DNA from: Promethearchaeota archaeon
GTDB lineage: Archaea > Asgardarchaeota > Lokiarchaeia > Sigyniarchaeales > SOKP01
Length of the DNA stretch: 20,239 nucleotides
Assembly: GCA_016930515.1 (NCBI GenBank)
Contig: JAFGGO010000069.1
Coordinates: 1 to 20,239 of the forward strand
Direction: 5' to 3'
In this document: positions 8,693-16,749 of the stretch, in pieces
Layout: each line of letters opens with the position of its first letter
How positions within the stretch are numbered: the first letter of the stretch is position 1
Translations under genes and position numbers: made by a program
Notes under the pieces: generated by a model
Database searches by the model: none
The model's input: only the letters and a program-made list of their open reading frames with translations
Told to the model about the DNA's origin: nothing

Positions 8693-9979
8693 TTAATCGT
8701 GCAAAAGAGATTCAAGAAGCAACTCCGATATGTCTTTTATTTGTATTTTTTCTTTATCGATTTCTGTTAATCCGTGTTCTAGACCTAATTCGCATAATGG
8801 ACACGCTGATACGAAAGTTAAGGCGCCTGTTTCCTTGAGCTCGCCAACTCTTGAGGATGCTTCTCTTATCGCAAGGTCCTTATCTGCCCAATGGAGAGTT
8901 CCGCTCCAACCGCAACAATGAGTGTTTTCCTTGTTGCAAGTTGGTTCAACGAGCTTAATACTTGGAATGTGTTGGAGTATCTCTCGAATCGAGGTCGTAT
9001 CGCTTTGATTTCGAGCGAGGTGACACGGATCGTGTATGGTTATTGTTTCTAACATATCTTGATTTTGTGTCTTGAGTTTTATCTTCCTTTCCTTGATCAA
9101 TTGATTTAAATATATTGCTATATGATAGACTTGAACATTCTTTAATTCAATACCCGCTTTTTGGTACCGTTTTGTAAGCGTTTCAACGCATCCGGGACAA
9201 TCTGAAAGAACAATTTTAGCTCCCGTGTTTTGAATGAGTTCCTTGTTCTTCTCGGCGAAGTCTTTTGCAACTGATAATTCCCTGATGCTGAATGCGGGAG
9301 CTCCGCAGCAAGTCTTGGCATCAAGGTTGGTTGAAAACTTGACTCCTGCTTTTTTAAGGATTTGAATGTAAGCGTTTACCATGTTGGGAATTTTCATGGA
9401 TTGACAGCCGATATAATAATACACCTCGTCGTTTCCGTCAGTTTCGATGTTTTCAATGCCTTTTTCCCCAAATGTTTTGAAAATATTCCTTTCCTCAATG
9501 GTATTTGTTCGTTTAAGCTTATCTATCTGCTCCTTGCAGTAAGCGGGCATTAATCCCTTATCGTTTAGGTCTTCCCTGACCGTTTCAAGCAACGAAACCA
9601 CGGAAAAGTCGAATGGGCACCATATCTTACAATTCTCCTCGTTCGAACACTTATACATTAAATCAACAAACTCCTTGTTTTCTTCTAACGAGGGATCAAT
9701 TTTTCCAAGAGAAAGAAAATACCCAATTCGAGACTTAAAAGCGGGACTCATGGATTCCGTTTGAGCGGCTTGTAAGGATCCGCAATCGAATCGACACATA
9801 TTCGGGCACAACATGCAATTTATCAAATTTTTCACATCAGCCTTGTATTCTCCCTCAGGGTAAAAATTTTTTTCTTTCGCAGCCAAATTTTTCAAAATCT
9901 GAGCTTTCACTCTTCTGTCGGCCTTCGATATCAGCGGAACGATCCACTTGTATTTTTTTAACATATCTATGATTGACAA
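8693..9979 (-). CDS. Fe-S oxidoreductase subunit with ferredoxin-like motifs and two CCG domains (GlpC/GlcF/HdrD-like)
   Basis: CMLCPNMCRFDC and CSNEENCKIWCP, then IGC...CCG...CPGC and HDPCHL...CCG...ACPLC. TTG start 3 nt after the stop of the upstream flavoprotein gene. Confidence 0.88.
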   Translation of the reverse strand: MSIIDMLKKYKWIVPLISKADRRVKAQILKNLAAKEKNFYPEGEYKADVKNLINCMLCPNMCRFDCGSLQAAQTESMSPAFKSRIGYFLSLGKIDPSLEENKEFVDLMYKCSNEENCKIWCPFDFSVVSLLETVREDLNDKGLMPAYCKEQIDKLKRTNTIEERNIFKTFGEKGIENIETDGNDEVYYYIGCQSMKIPNMVNAYIQILKKAGVKFSTNLDAKTCCGAPAFSIRELSVAKDFAEKNKELIQNTGAKIVLSDCPGCVETLTKRYQKAGIELKNVQVYHIAIYLNQLIKERKIKLKTQNQDMLETITIHDPCHLARNQSDTTSIREILQHIPSIKLVEPTCNKENTHCCGWSGTLHWADKDLAIREASSRVGELKETGALTFVSACPLCELGLEHGLTEIDKEKIQIKDISELLLESLLHD

Positions 9980-9982
9980 CTT

Positions 9983-11470
9983 TTAGTTTTCATCTCCCTT
10001 TTTTCTCCATAAATTTTCAAACACCTTGCCAGGATTTAAGATATTATTTGGATCAAAAATCATCTTGATTTTTCTTAGCGTTTCAAGGCCTACAGCGCCC
10101 CATTCGTTTTCCATCCATTTAGACCGATTAATTCCAACACCATGATGGTGTCCGAAAGATCCCCCTGCGTCTAGAGCTGCTTTAATCGTGATGTTCCAAC
10201 ATTCTTGATAAAACTCAAACTCGGATGTTCCTTTTGGAGGTACGCCACCAAAAGTAAAATAATATCCAACGCCGTTTGGGTAAAAATGCGACACGTGTGC
10301 GGAAATTAGCACATTCCCGGAGATCTTGCTCGTAGCTTCCACCACCGATAAATACAATTCGACAGCTTTGTCCCACATTACCGCAACTTCGATAGTATCA
10401 GCCACGATCTTATAAGGTGGGAACATGGATGATTCTTTCACCTTAAACCTCGTTTCGAACCAATGCTCAACGGGCTCTTTGCCACAATCCACACCGCTCA
10501 TTGAATTGCAGATTTCACTCACTATCGACTGTTCTAAGTCGACAAGATTTGAATTACCTTCGCATACGAATACGACCATTACTTTCTCTTTTGCATTTTC
10601 CACGTGCTCAAAATGCCTGCTGGTTTCGGCTTGATCGTATATTCGGATGACTCCTGGGAATACCATCTTTCTCAAGATCAGCCTGCACGACTCTAAAGCT
10701 TCAATTATACTGGGAAATGCGTAAGAAATAAGAGCTCTCTTTTCAGGATAAGGCCAGATTTTTAGGGTTGCCTGAGTAACGATTCCTAATGTACCTTCAT
10801 TGCCAAGAAAAAGCTTATCGAGTTGTGGACCCGTAGAAGCTCGTGCCGTCGTCTTGAACCTCACGATCTCGCCTTGAGGAAGCACTACTTCTAATCCAAT
10901 AACGATATCTTCAATCTTACCATATTTCGTAGAAAATTGACCCGCAGCTCTGTGAGCGATCCAACCCCCAACAGACGATGTGTATATCGATTGCGGGATG
11001 TGCCCGCAGGTATAACCCCGTGTGTTAAGAATTCTCTCTAAGTTCATTCCATTTGTACCAGCTTCAACGGTCACAGTTAAATTCTTGTCGTTTATTTCAA
11101 GGACATTGTTAAATTTTTTCATATCCAATATAATACCTCCAAAAACGGGTATCGCGCCTCCCACGACGCCTGAACCCTCAGCATAAGGCACTATAGGGAT
11201 CTTAAACTCGTTAGCAACCTTTAAAACAGCAGAAATCTGCTCTGTTGTTTCGGGCCAGACAACTAGATCTGGCAAGGCAGCAATTTTTCCTTCAATCATC
11301 CAATTAAGAGAAATTAGCGTGGAATCGCTTGAGTACGCTAGTAGGTCGATCTCCTTACAGCTAACATTATCTTTCCCCAATATTTTAGATAATTCTTCTT
11401 GGAGCATAGGTTTGTCTTTAATTTGAGATCTCTGATCGTTGTAAATGTGTTCAAAATTCTCTAGATTCAT
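9983..11470 (-). CDS. FAD-linked oxidase (VAO/PCMH fold), alkyl-dihydroxyacetonephosphate synthase (AGPS)/YgcU-like
   Basis: GSGVVGG, GHIPQSIYTSSVGGWIAHRAAGQFSTKYGKIED, GNEGTLGIVT, SHFYPNGVGYYFTF, C-terminal GHHHGVG (HHH as in AGPS rather than the GEHG of GlcD/D-lactate dehydrogenase), FDPNNILNPGK. Confidence 0.85.
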   Translation of the reverse strand: MNLENFEHIYNDQRSQIKDKPMLQEELSKILGKDNVSCKEIDLLAYSSDSTLISLNWMIEGKIAALPDLVVWPETTEQISAVLKVANEFKIPIVPYAEGSGVVGGAIPVFGGIILDMKKFNNVLEINDKNLTVTVEAGTNGMNLERILNTRGYTCGHIPQSIYTSSVGGWIAHRAAGQFSTKYGKIEDIVIGLEVVLPQGEIVRFKTTARASTGPQLDKLFLGNEGTLGIVTQATLKIWPYPEKRALISYAFPSIIEALESCRLILRKMVFPGVIRIYDQAETSRHFEHVENAKEKVMVVFVCEGNSNLVDLEQSIVSEICNSMSGVDCGKEPVEHWFETRFKVKESSMFPPYKIVADTIEVAVMWDKAVELYLSVVEATSKISGNVLISAHVSHFYPNGVGYYFTFGGVPPKGTSEFEFYQECWNITIKAALDAGGSFGHHHGVGINRSKWMENEWGAVGLETLRKIKMIFDPNNILNPGKVFENLWRKKGDEN

Positions 11471-11520
11471 TATATAAAAGGATTCTTCGATAATTAATTG
11501 TAAAATATATTACCAAATTA

Positions 11521-11537
11521 TAATTAATACTTTTTCC
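11521..11537 (-). promoter_or_regulatory. Candidate BRE/TATA promoter for the flavoprotein/Fe-S pair
   Basis: Minus strand GGAAAAAG-TATTAATTA about 50 nt upstream of the ATG at 11470; same GAAAAAGT lead-in as the kinase promoter candidate. Confidence 0.4.
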
Positions 11538-11588
11538 CTAAAAAACAAAAATAAATGTTATGATTGAGAGGTGAGAATTTCTCTGAGC

Positions 11589-13073
11589 TTAATAGATTGT
11601 TTCTCCGGTAACCTTATTTACCTTATAATGCCTTAAATGAGGAGATACTTGAGCCATTCCTTCACTAGATATGATCTTGTTGACAACTTCCTCTGGGAAC
11701 AAGTATTTAGCTAAATGATGTATCATGTGCTTGGTTTCAATGCAATTGAATAGTTTTAGGGATTCGCAAGAATAGAAGAGTTCGCTTACAAGGTCGAAAT
11801 TCGTGTCTCCTGAGAAATCCAGAAATTCCAAGTTTCTGTATATTCTTGGCACGATACTATCTAATAAAACATAATCCTTAAGCTTTTCCAAGGTATTTCT
11901 CATGTAATTGACGAATAAGACGTAATAGGTGGATTCCGAGGTTACAAATCCATCGCGATATTGCTTGATCCCTCCTGGAGTGACGCGCATTTCAATCTCG
12001 TCGTAGATGGCTTCTATTTTTTGGGTTTCGATTTTTTGAGATACTCCTAATAAAGCGTAGATTTTTAATATGACAACCAGTTGAGATGTTTCAAAATCCT
12101 TGAAATAGTTTGGCTCGAGCATTCGAGGATCATCTTTTATAAGGTGTCCTATTTTTTCGTCATCTAACCAGAGTTTTACTATTTCGGTTGATTTCAAGAA
12201 ATAATAAAGTCTATCGGTTGCCTCAAACAAGGGTGCTTCAAACTCGTCAATACATTCTTCGAATAAGGTCAACAAGAAATTATTTACCTTTTCAATATCT
12301 ATCTTTATGTTTAAATGGTTTGCAAGATAAATTCCACAAAAATACAGATCGGGATTTCTTAAAGTGATTAATGGAAAGGAAGTTAACCACTCTTCAATGT
12401 TTTTTTCGAGATAAGTCTTGATATGTGAGAAATCAAATTCGTTTAGAAGGTGAAAGAAATCGATGATTCGAAAGATGGAATAAACGAGTTGAAGTTTATC
12501 GCGCGGATCTTTTAAATCTTCTAAAATTTCGATTTTTTTCTTATTATCCAGGAATTTTTCTACGATTTTTCCTTGGATGTGGACATATTTCCTCAAGTTT
12601 TCTAGTTTATCGGGAGATTCTTGTATTAATTTTTTTAAATTTCTGAGTTCCAAGATGAATTCGGTTGGAAAAAAGCCTTTATATTTAAGGTTTAGAATTA
12701 TGAGTGCCGATTTGCTCTCAACTAAATAATCGATAATTTGTTCCAAGAATAATTCGTACACAATAGGTGAAAATTCTCTTGAATATATTTTTAGAGTAGA
12801 AGTGATTTCTTCAAAACTTCCTTCCTGCTTGATGAGAAGAACTTCTTGAAAATAATTATCGATTTTTTCTTGATTAAATCCTATTTTCATTAATTCTTCC
12901 TTAAGTACTAAAAGAATTTCATGTTGAACATTATTATAGCTAAGATCTTTCAGATTCTTTTTTTTCAGGTAATCGTTTATTTTTTCGTGAAAAAAGATAT
13001 CAATCGTATTGTAAAACTCTTGTATACCTTCAAAATACAGGTCTAAACAGTTAAATAACCCTTGAAATATCAA
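11589..13073 (-). CDS. Hypothetical all-alpha protein; C-terminal half resembles degenerate prenyltransferase/squalene-cyclase (alpha/alpha-barrel) repeats
   Basis: 494-aa ORF with TTG start and AAGGTG 6 nt upstream. Repeated helix units PDLYFCGIYLANHL..IDIEKV..FL, TDRLYYFLKS, GGI.......SESTYYVL, SELFYSCESLKL. Confidence 0.6.
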   Translation of the reverse strand: MIFQGLFNCLDLYFEGIQEFYNTIDIFFHEKINDYLKKKNLKDLSYNNVQHEILLVLKEELMKIGFNQEKIDNYFQEVLLIKQEGSFEEITSTLKIYSREFSPIVYELFLEQIIDYLVESKSALIILNLKYKGFFPTEFILELRNLKKLIQESPDKLENLRKYVHIQGKIVEKFLDNKKKIEILEDLKDPRDKLQLVYSIFRIIDFFHLLNEFDFSHIKTYLEKNIEEWLTSFPLITLRNPDLYFCGIYLANHLNIKIDIEKVNNFLLTLFEECIDEFEAPLFEATDRLYYFLKSTEIVKLWLDDEKIGHLIKDDPRMLEPNYFKDFETSQLVVILKIYALLGVSQKIETQKIEAIYDEIEMRVTPGGIKQYRDGFVTSESTYYVLFVNYMRNTLEKLKDYVLLDSIVPRIYRNLEFLDFSGDTNFDLVSELFYSCESLKLFNCIETKHMIHHLAKYLFPEEVVNKIISSEGMAQVSPHLRHYKVNKVTGETIY

Positions 13074-13207
13074 TTTTCACACCTTGTTTTAAAAAACTCA
13101 TAATATATTCATAATAAAATAATATTTAGGATGGGCAATTAAAGTTCATTATTAAAATAAGTAAGTGATTAGTTAATAATTTTTTTTAAGAAATCGTGTG
13201 AATAACA

Positions 13208-15109
13208 ATGTGCGGAATATTCGGTATAATCACTAATCAAGATATTGAAATTGGCAAGCTTGCATTAGAAGGAATAAAACGATTGGAATATCGAGGGTAC
13301 GACTCGTGTGGAATCGTGAGTCAACACGAGGGAAAATTGCATGTGAAAAAAGACGCTGGAAAAATCAATGCGATTAATAAGAAGTTGGGGTTGGACGACC
13401 TTCCGGGAAAAATAGCACTGGCCCATACAAGATGGGCGACTCACGGTGCACCCACGAAAATAAACAGCCACCCACATTTTGATTGCTCAGAAAAAATTGC
13501 AGTCGTCCATAATGGGATAATCGAAAATTTCTTAGAATTGAAAGAACGATTGATTTCCAAAGGTCACGTTTTTAAATCTGATACCGACACTGAAGTAATT
13601 CCCCACCTGATAGAGGAATACGAAAAAAGAGGTTTAAACTTTCAAGAAGCCGTGTTTGAGGCCTTAAGGCAATGCGAGGGAGGCTATGGTGCTGCGATAT
13701 GCCACGCAGATTGCCCGGATAAAATTATCGTTGTTCGAAAAGAATCCCCTTTAGTGATTGGGATTGAAGACGGTAAGACAACTTATTGTGCTTCCGATAT
13801 TCCCGCGTTTTTACCTCATACTCGGAAGCACTATGTGCTAGGAGACGACGAATTGGCAGTATTGAGGCCGGGAGAAGTGGATTTTTACGATATAAAAACC
13901 AAAACGCTTATCGAGAAATCACCTAAAACGATAGATTGGAGCGTGGATGCAGCAGAAAAAGGCGGATATGATCATTTCATGCTAAAAGAGATATTTGAGC
14001 AACCTCAGGCACTTAAACGCACGCTTAGCATACCTTTAGAAAGTTTGCGATCATTCGCAGAATCTTTAATAACTGCTAAAACCATTTACATAACAGCCGC
14101 AGGAACCTCCTTTTACGCCTCACTTGCGGGCAAATTCATCATTTCAAAATTCTTGGGCATTCATATCCAAGAAATTGAGTGTTCGGAATTTCAAACACAG
14201 TTGTCAGATTGCTTAGAAAAGAATTCTGTCATAATTGCTTTATCGCAATCGGGCGAAACCATAGACACGATTGAAGCTATAAGATGGGCAAAAGAATCCG
14301 CTGACGCAACAATTTTATCTATCACGAATGTTGTGGGCTCTTCAATTACTCGGTACTCAGACCATACGATTATAACAAGGGCAGGACCCGAAATTGGGGT
14401 CGCTGCTACAAAAACCTACACGGCTCAGGTTCTCACGCTTGCAATGATTGGGCTTGAAATTGCGCGGATCAAGAATCTAGAATCCTCCGAAGATATTAAA
14501 TCCTATAAAAAAGCTCTGAATGAAGTTCCAAATATTATAGAAAAATTCCTTAATCACAATATTGAACATATAAAAAAAATAATGAAGGGTTTGGAAAAAA
14601 TCAAGTTCAAGAAAATTAAAAAATTAGGTAATAAAGATTTAGGTAAAAAACTCAATAATAAACATAATTTTTTCTTCTTGGCACGTGGGATCTCGATAGC
14701 AACTGCGAAAGAGGGAGGACTTAAGATGAAAGAAGTTGCGTGCAGGTTTATTGAAGGATATTCCGCCGCTCACGCGAAGCATGGCCCCATTTCATTAGTA
14801 AGGGGTGGTTTTCCTATCATTTTTATCGCCCCCCCTGACGATACATACACGAGATTAATAGGTAACGTGGCAGAATTCAAGGCTAGGGGTGGAAAAATTA
14901 TTTCTCTCGTGGTTGAATCGGATGAAACAATCTCAGAGATGAGCGATATTACGATAAGAATACCACAACCAGCAGATAGGTTTCATAACCTTTTTAGCCC
15001 CATTACATTTATTCCCGCACTACAATTATTGGCTTACTATGCAGCACTCGATGCTCACCTAGATCCCGACCAACCAAGGAACTTAGCAAAAACTGTTACG
15101 GTCCACTAA
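13208..15109 (+). CDS. glmS: Glutamine--fructose-6-phosphate aminotransferase (isomerizing)
   Basis: MCGIFG (Cys1), LEYRGYDS, HTRWATHG, HNGIIEN, TDTEV, SQSGET.DT, GPEIGVAATK, LKMKE, KHGP, PRNLAKTVTV. Confidence 0.97.
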   Translation: MCGIFGIITNQDIEIGKLALEGIKRLEYRGYDSCGIVSQHEGKLHVKKDAGKINAINKKLGLDDLPGKIALAHTRWATHGAPTKINSHPHFDCSEKIAVVHNGIIENFLELKERLISKGHVFKSDTDTEVIPHLIEEYEKRGLNFQEAVFEALRQCEGGYGAAICHADCPDKIIVVRKESPLVIGIEDGKTTYCASDIPAFLPHTRKHYVLGDDELAVLRPGEVDFYDIKTKTLIEKSPKTIDWSVDAAEKGGYDHFMLKEIFEQPQALKRTLSIPLESLRSFAESLITAKTIYITAAGTSFYASLAGKFIISKFLGIHIQEIECSEFQTQLSDCLEKNSVIIALSQSGETIDTIEAIRWAKESADATILSITNVVGSSITRYSDHTIITRAGPEIGVAATKTYTAQVLTLAMIGLEIARIKNLESSEDIKSYKKALNEVPNIIEKFLNHNIEHIKKIMKGLEKIKFKKIKKLGNKDLGKKLNNKHNFFFLARGISIATAKEGGLKMKEVACRFIEGYSAAHAKHGPISLVRGGFPIIFIAPPDDTYTRLIGNVAEFKARGGKIISLVVESDETISEMSDITIRIPQPADRFHNLFSPITFIPALQLLAYYAALDAHLDPDQPRNLAKTVTVH

Positions 15110-15128
15110 TTTCCATATTTTTTCTCTC
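15110..15128 (+). terminator. Possible archaeal pyrimidine/T-tract terminator after glmS
   Basis: TTTCCATATTTTTTCTCTC immediately after the stop, in a 46-nt gap between convergent genes. Confidence 0.3.
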
Positions 15129-15155
15129 AATTAAAATTTTTATAATATAAAAGAA

Positions 15156-16667
15156 TTAAGGACGATGATATAATTTAAAAATATGAGCTTTCCAAGGACT
15201 TAACTCCACAAAAAGACCAAAATCATGTATATTTTTTCCATCATATAAGTAGATTTTTTTGTTCAATACATCTTCAAAAATCCATTCTCCATTTCCAAAC
15301 TCAAGACCATTAATTTTTATATGAGCTTTTGAAGAATAAGCGCCATAATTTACCACAACAAGATGATTGTTATTATTAAATTGCCACAAATAGGCAAGGA
15401 GGCTTAAATAAAAGTTATCGTTATCATTTAAAGGATAAATTTCACATAATCTCCATTTTCCACCAAAAAAATCATCATTCGAGGTTATATCGAGTAAATT
15501 CTCGTAAAATTCTTGAAGCTCCGAATCTTCTCTTTGTAAGGGCGCCCTTCCTAATTGAATTGGAAGCTTTTTTGAATAACCATTCACCTGTCCATCAAAC
15601 ATCAAATGGGCTCCTGGTAATGTAAGCATTATTATAGCTGCTGCCATAGATTTTCTTTTTCCAAAAGCGTCAACAGCTCTTTGCTCGTCGTGATTCTCGA
15701 TAAATCTAACCAATTTTCGTTGGAAATCCCAATCTGCTTCGAGATGAGCCTTCACAGATTGTGCGTTACCTTGGAGCAACCTATCGTATAATCTTTTATC
15801 GTAACAATAATCAAATCCTTGTTGTTGTAAGTTCCATTCCATTTCCCAGTATACTTCTGCTATAAATAAAAAATTTGGATGTTTTTTTTTAACTTTAGGA
15901 ATAATTTCTTCCCAAAAATCCATTTTTGGAGGTTTTCCAACTTTATCGTCCCAGATTTTCTTAAAAATATCATTTAATAAGAGCATGGCCATGTCACAGC
16001 GAACCCCGTCAGATTTTGATGCAATATTCAATAAAGTATCGATAGCGACTTGACGAGCGTCTGAAGAGAATGCATTAATCTGGACGGTATCGTTCCAGGG
16101 AGGGAAATAAGGATCCTTTCCGTGAGCGTATATTCCTCCTCGTTTTGAGAAATATTCATTTGGTTTGTCTCTTAGATCTCCCTGGGTGCCTGAGAGAAAC
16201 ATTTCTGGCTTGCTAAATATAAGTTGATTATCTAACGACAAATGATTTGGAACATAATCTAATAGCAAGAATTTTCCTGTTTCAACTAAATTACGACGAA
16301 AAACTGCTAAGCCTTCTTCTCCTCCTAGAATGGAATCCACGCGATAATTATAGATGGAATAAGGCGAACCAATAACATCCGCTGGAGAAAAATCACTTAA
16401 TATTTTTTTGTATTCCCCCTCTAAACATGTGTCTTTACTCGCAATTTCCCTACCTTCGGCGCTTCTCTCCCAAACGCCCATTAACCATATAATATCATAA
16501 TATTTAAATTGAACTTTAAAAATCTCAGGAGGGATATTAAATAGGCTAATGGATCTCTTGTATTTAAAGGAGAGTCCTTTTAACCACGGCCACGTATTAA
16601 TTTCTAAAATTCTTGGATGATGGATAATTGAGTTTTGCTTAACTAAAGGTGATTTCATGTTTTTCAA
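15156..16667 (-). CDS. GH13 alpha-amylase family glycosidase
   Basis: The four GH13 regions: DYVPNH, DGVRCDMA (nucleophile), AEVYW (acid/base), RFIENHDE. No signal peptide. TTG start; the ATG at 16658 is an alternative. Confidence 0.92.
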   Translation of the reverse strand: MKNMKSPLVKQNSIIHHPRILEINTWPWLKGLSFKYKRSISLFNIPPEIFKVQFKYYDIIWLMGVWERSAEGREIASKDTCLEGEYKKILSDFSPADVIGSPYSIYNYRVDSILGGEEGLAVFRRNLVETGKFLLLDYVPNHLSLDNQLIFSKPEMFLSGTQGDLRDKPNEYFSKRGGIYAHGKDPYFPPWNDTVQINAFSSDARQVAIDTLLNIASKSDGVRCDMAMLLLNDIFKKIWDDKVGKPPKMDFWEEIIPKVKKKHPNFLFIAEVYWEMEWNLQQQGFDYCYDKRLYDRLLQGNAQSVKAHLEADWDFQRKLVRFIENHDEQRAVDAFGKRKSMAAAIIMLTLPGAHLMFDGQVNGYSKKLPIQLGRAPLQREDSELQEFYENLLDITSNDDFFGGKWRLCEIYPLNDNDNFYLSLLAYLWQFNNNNHLVVVNYGAYSSKAHIKINGLEFGNGEWIFEDVLNKKIYLYDGKNIHDFGLFVELSPWKAHIFKLYHRP

Positions 16668-16749
16668 TCATTAGTTTCAGATGTTGTTAGTATGTGTTTG
16701 TATAAAGTATCATTCAGTATTAAGCATTCTCTTATGTTTACAAAAATCT

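Noticed and set aside
13074-13207. glmS ribozyme upstream of glmS
   Set aside because: The gap is 134 nt, very AT-rich, must hold divergent promoters and shows no paired stems; the ribozyme is a bacterial element.
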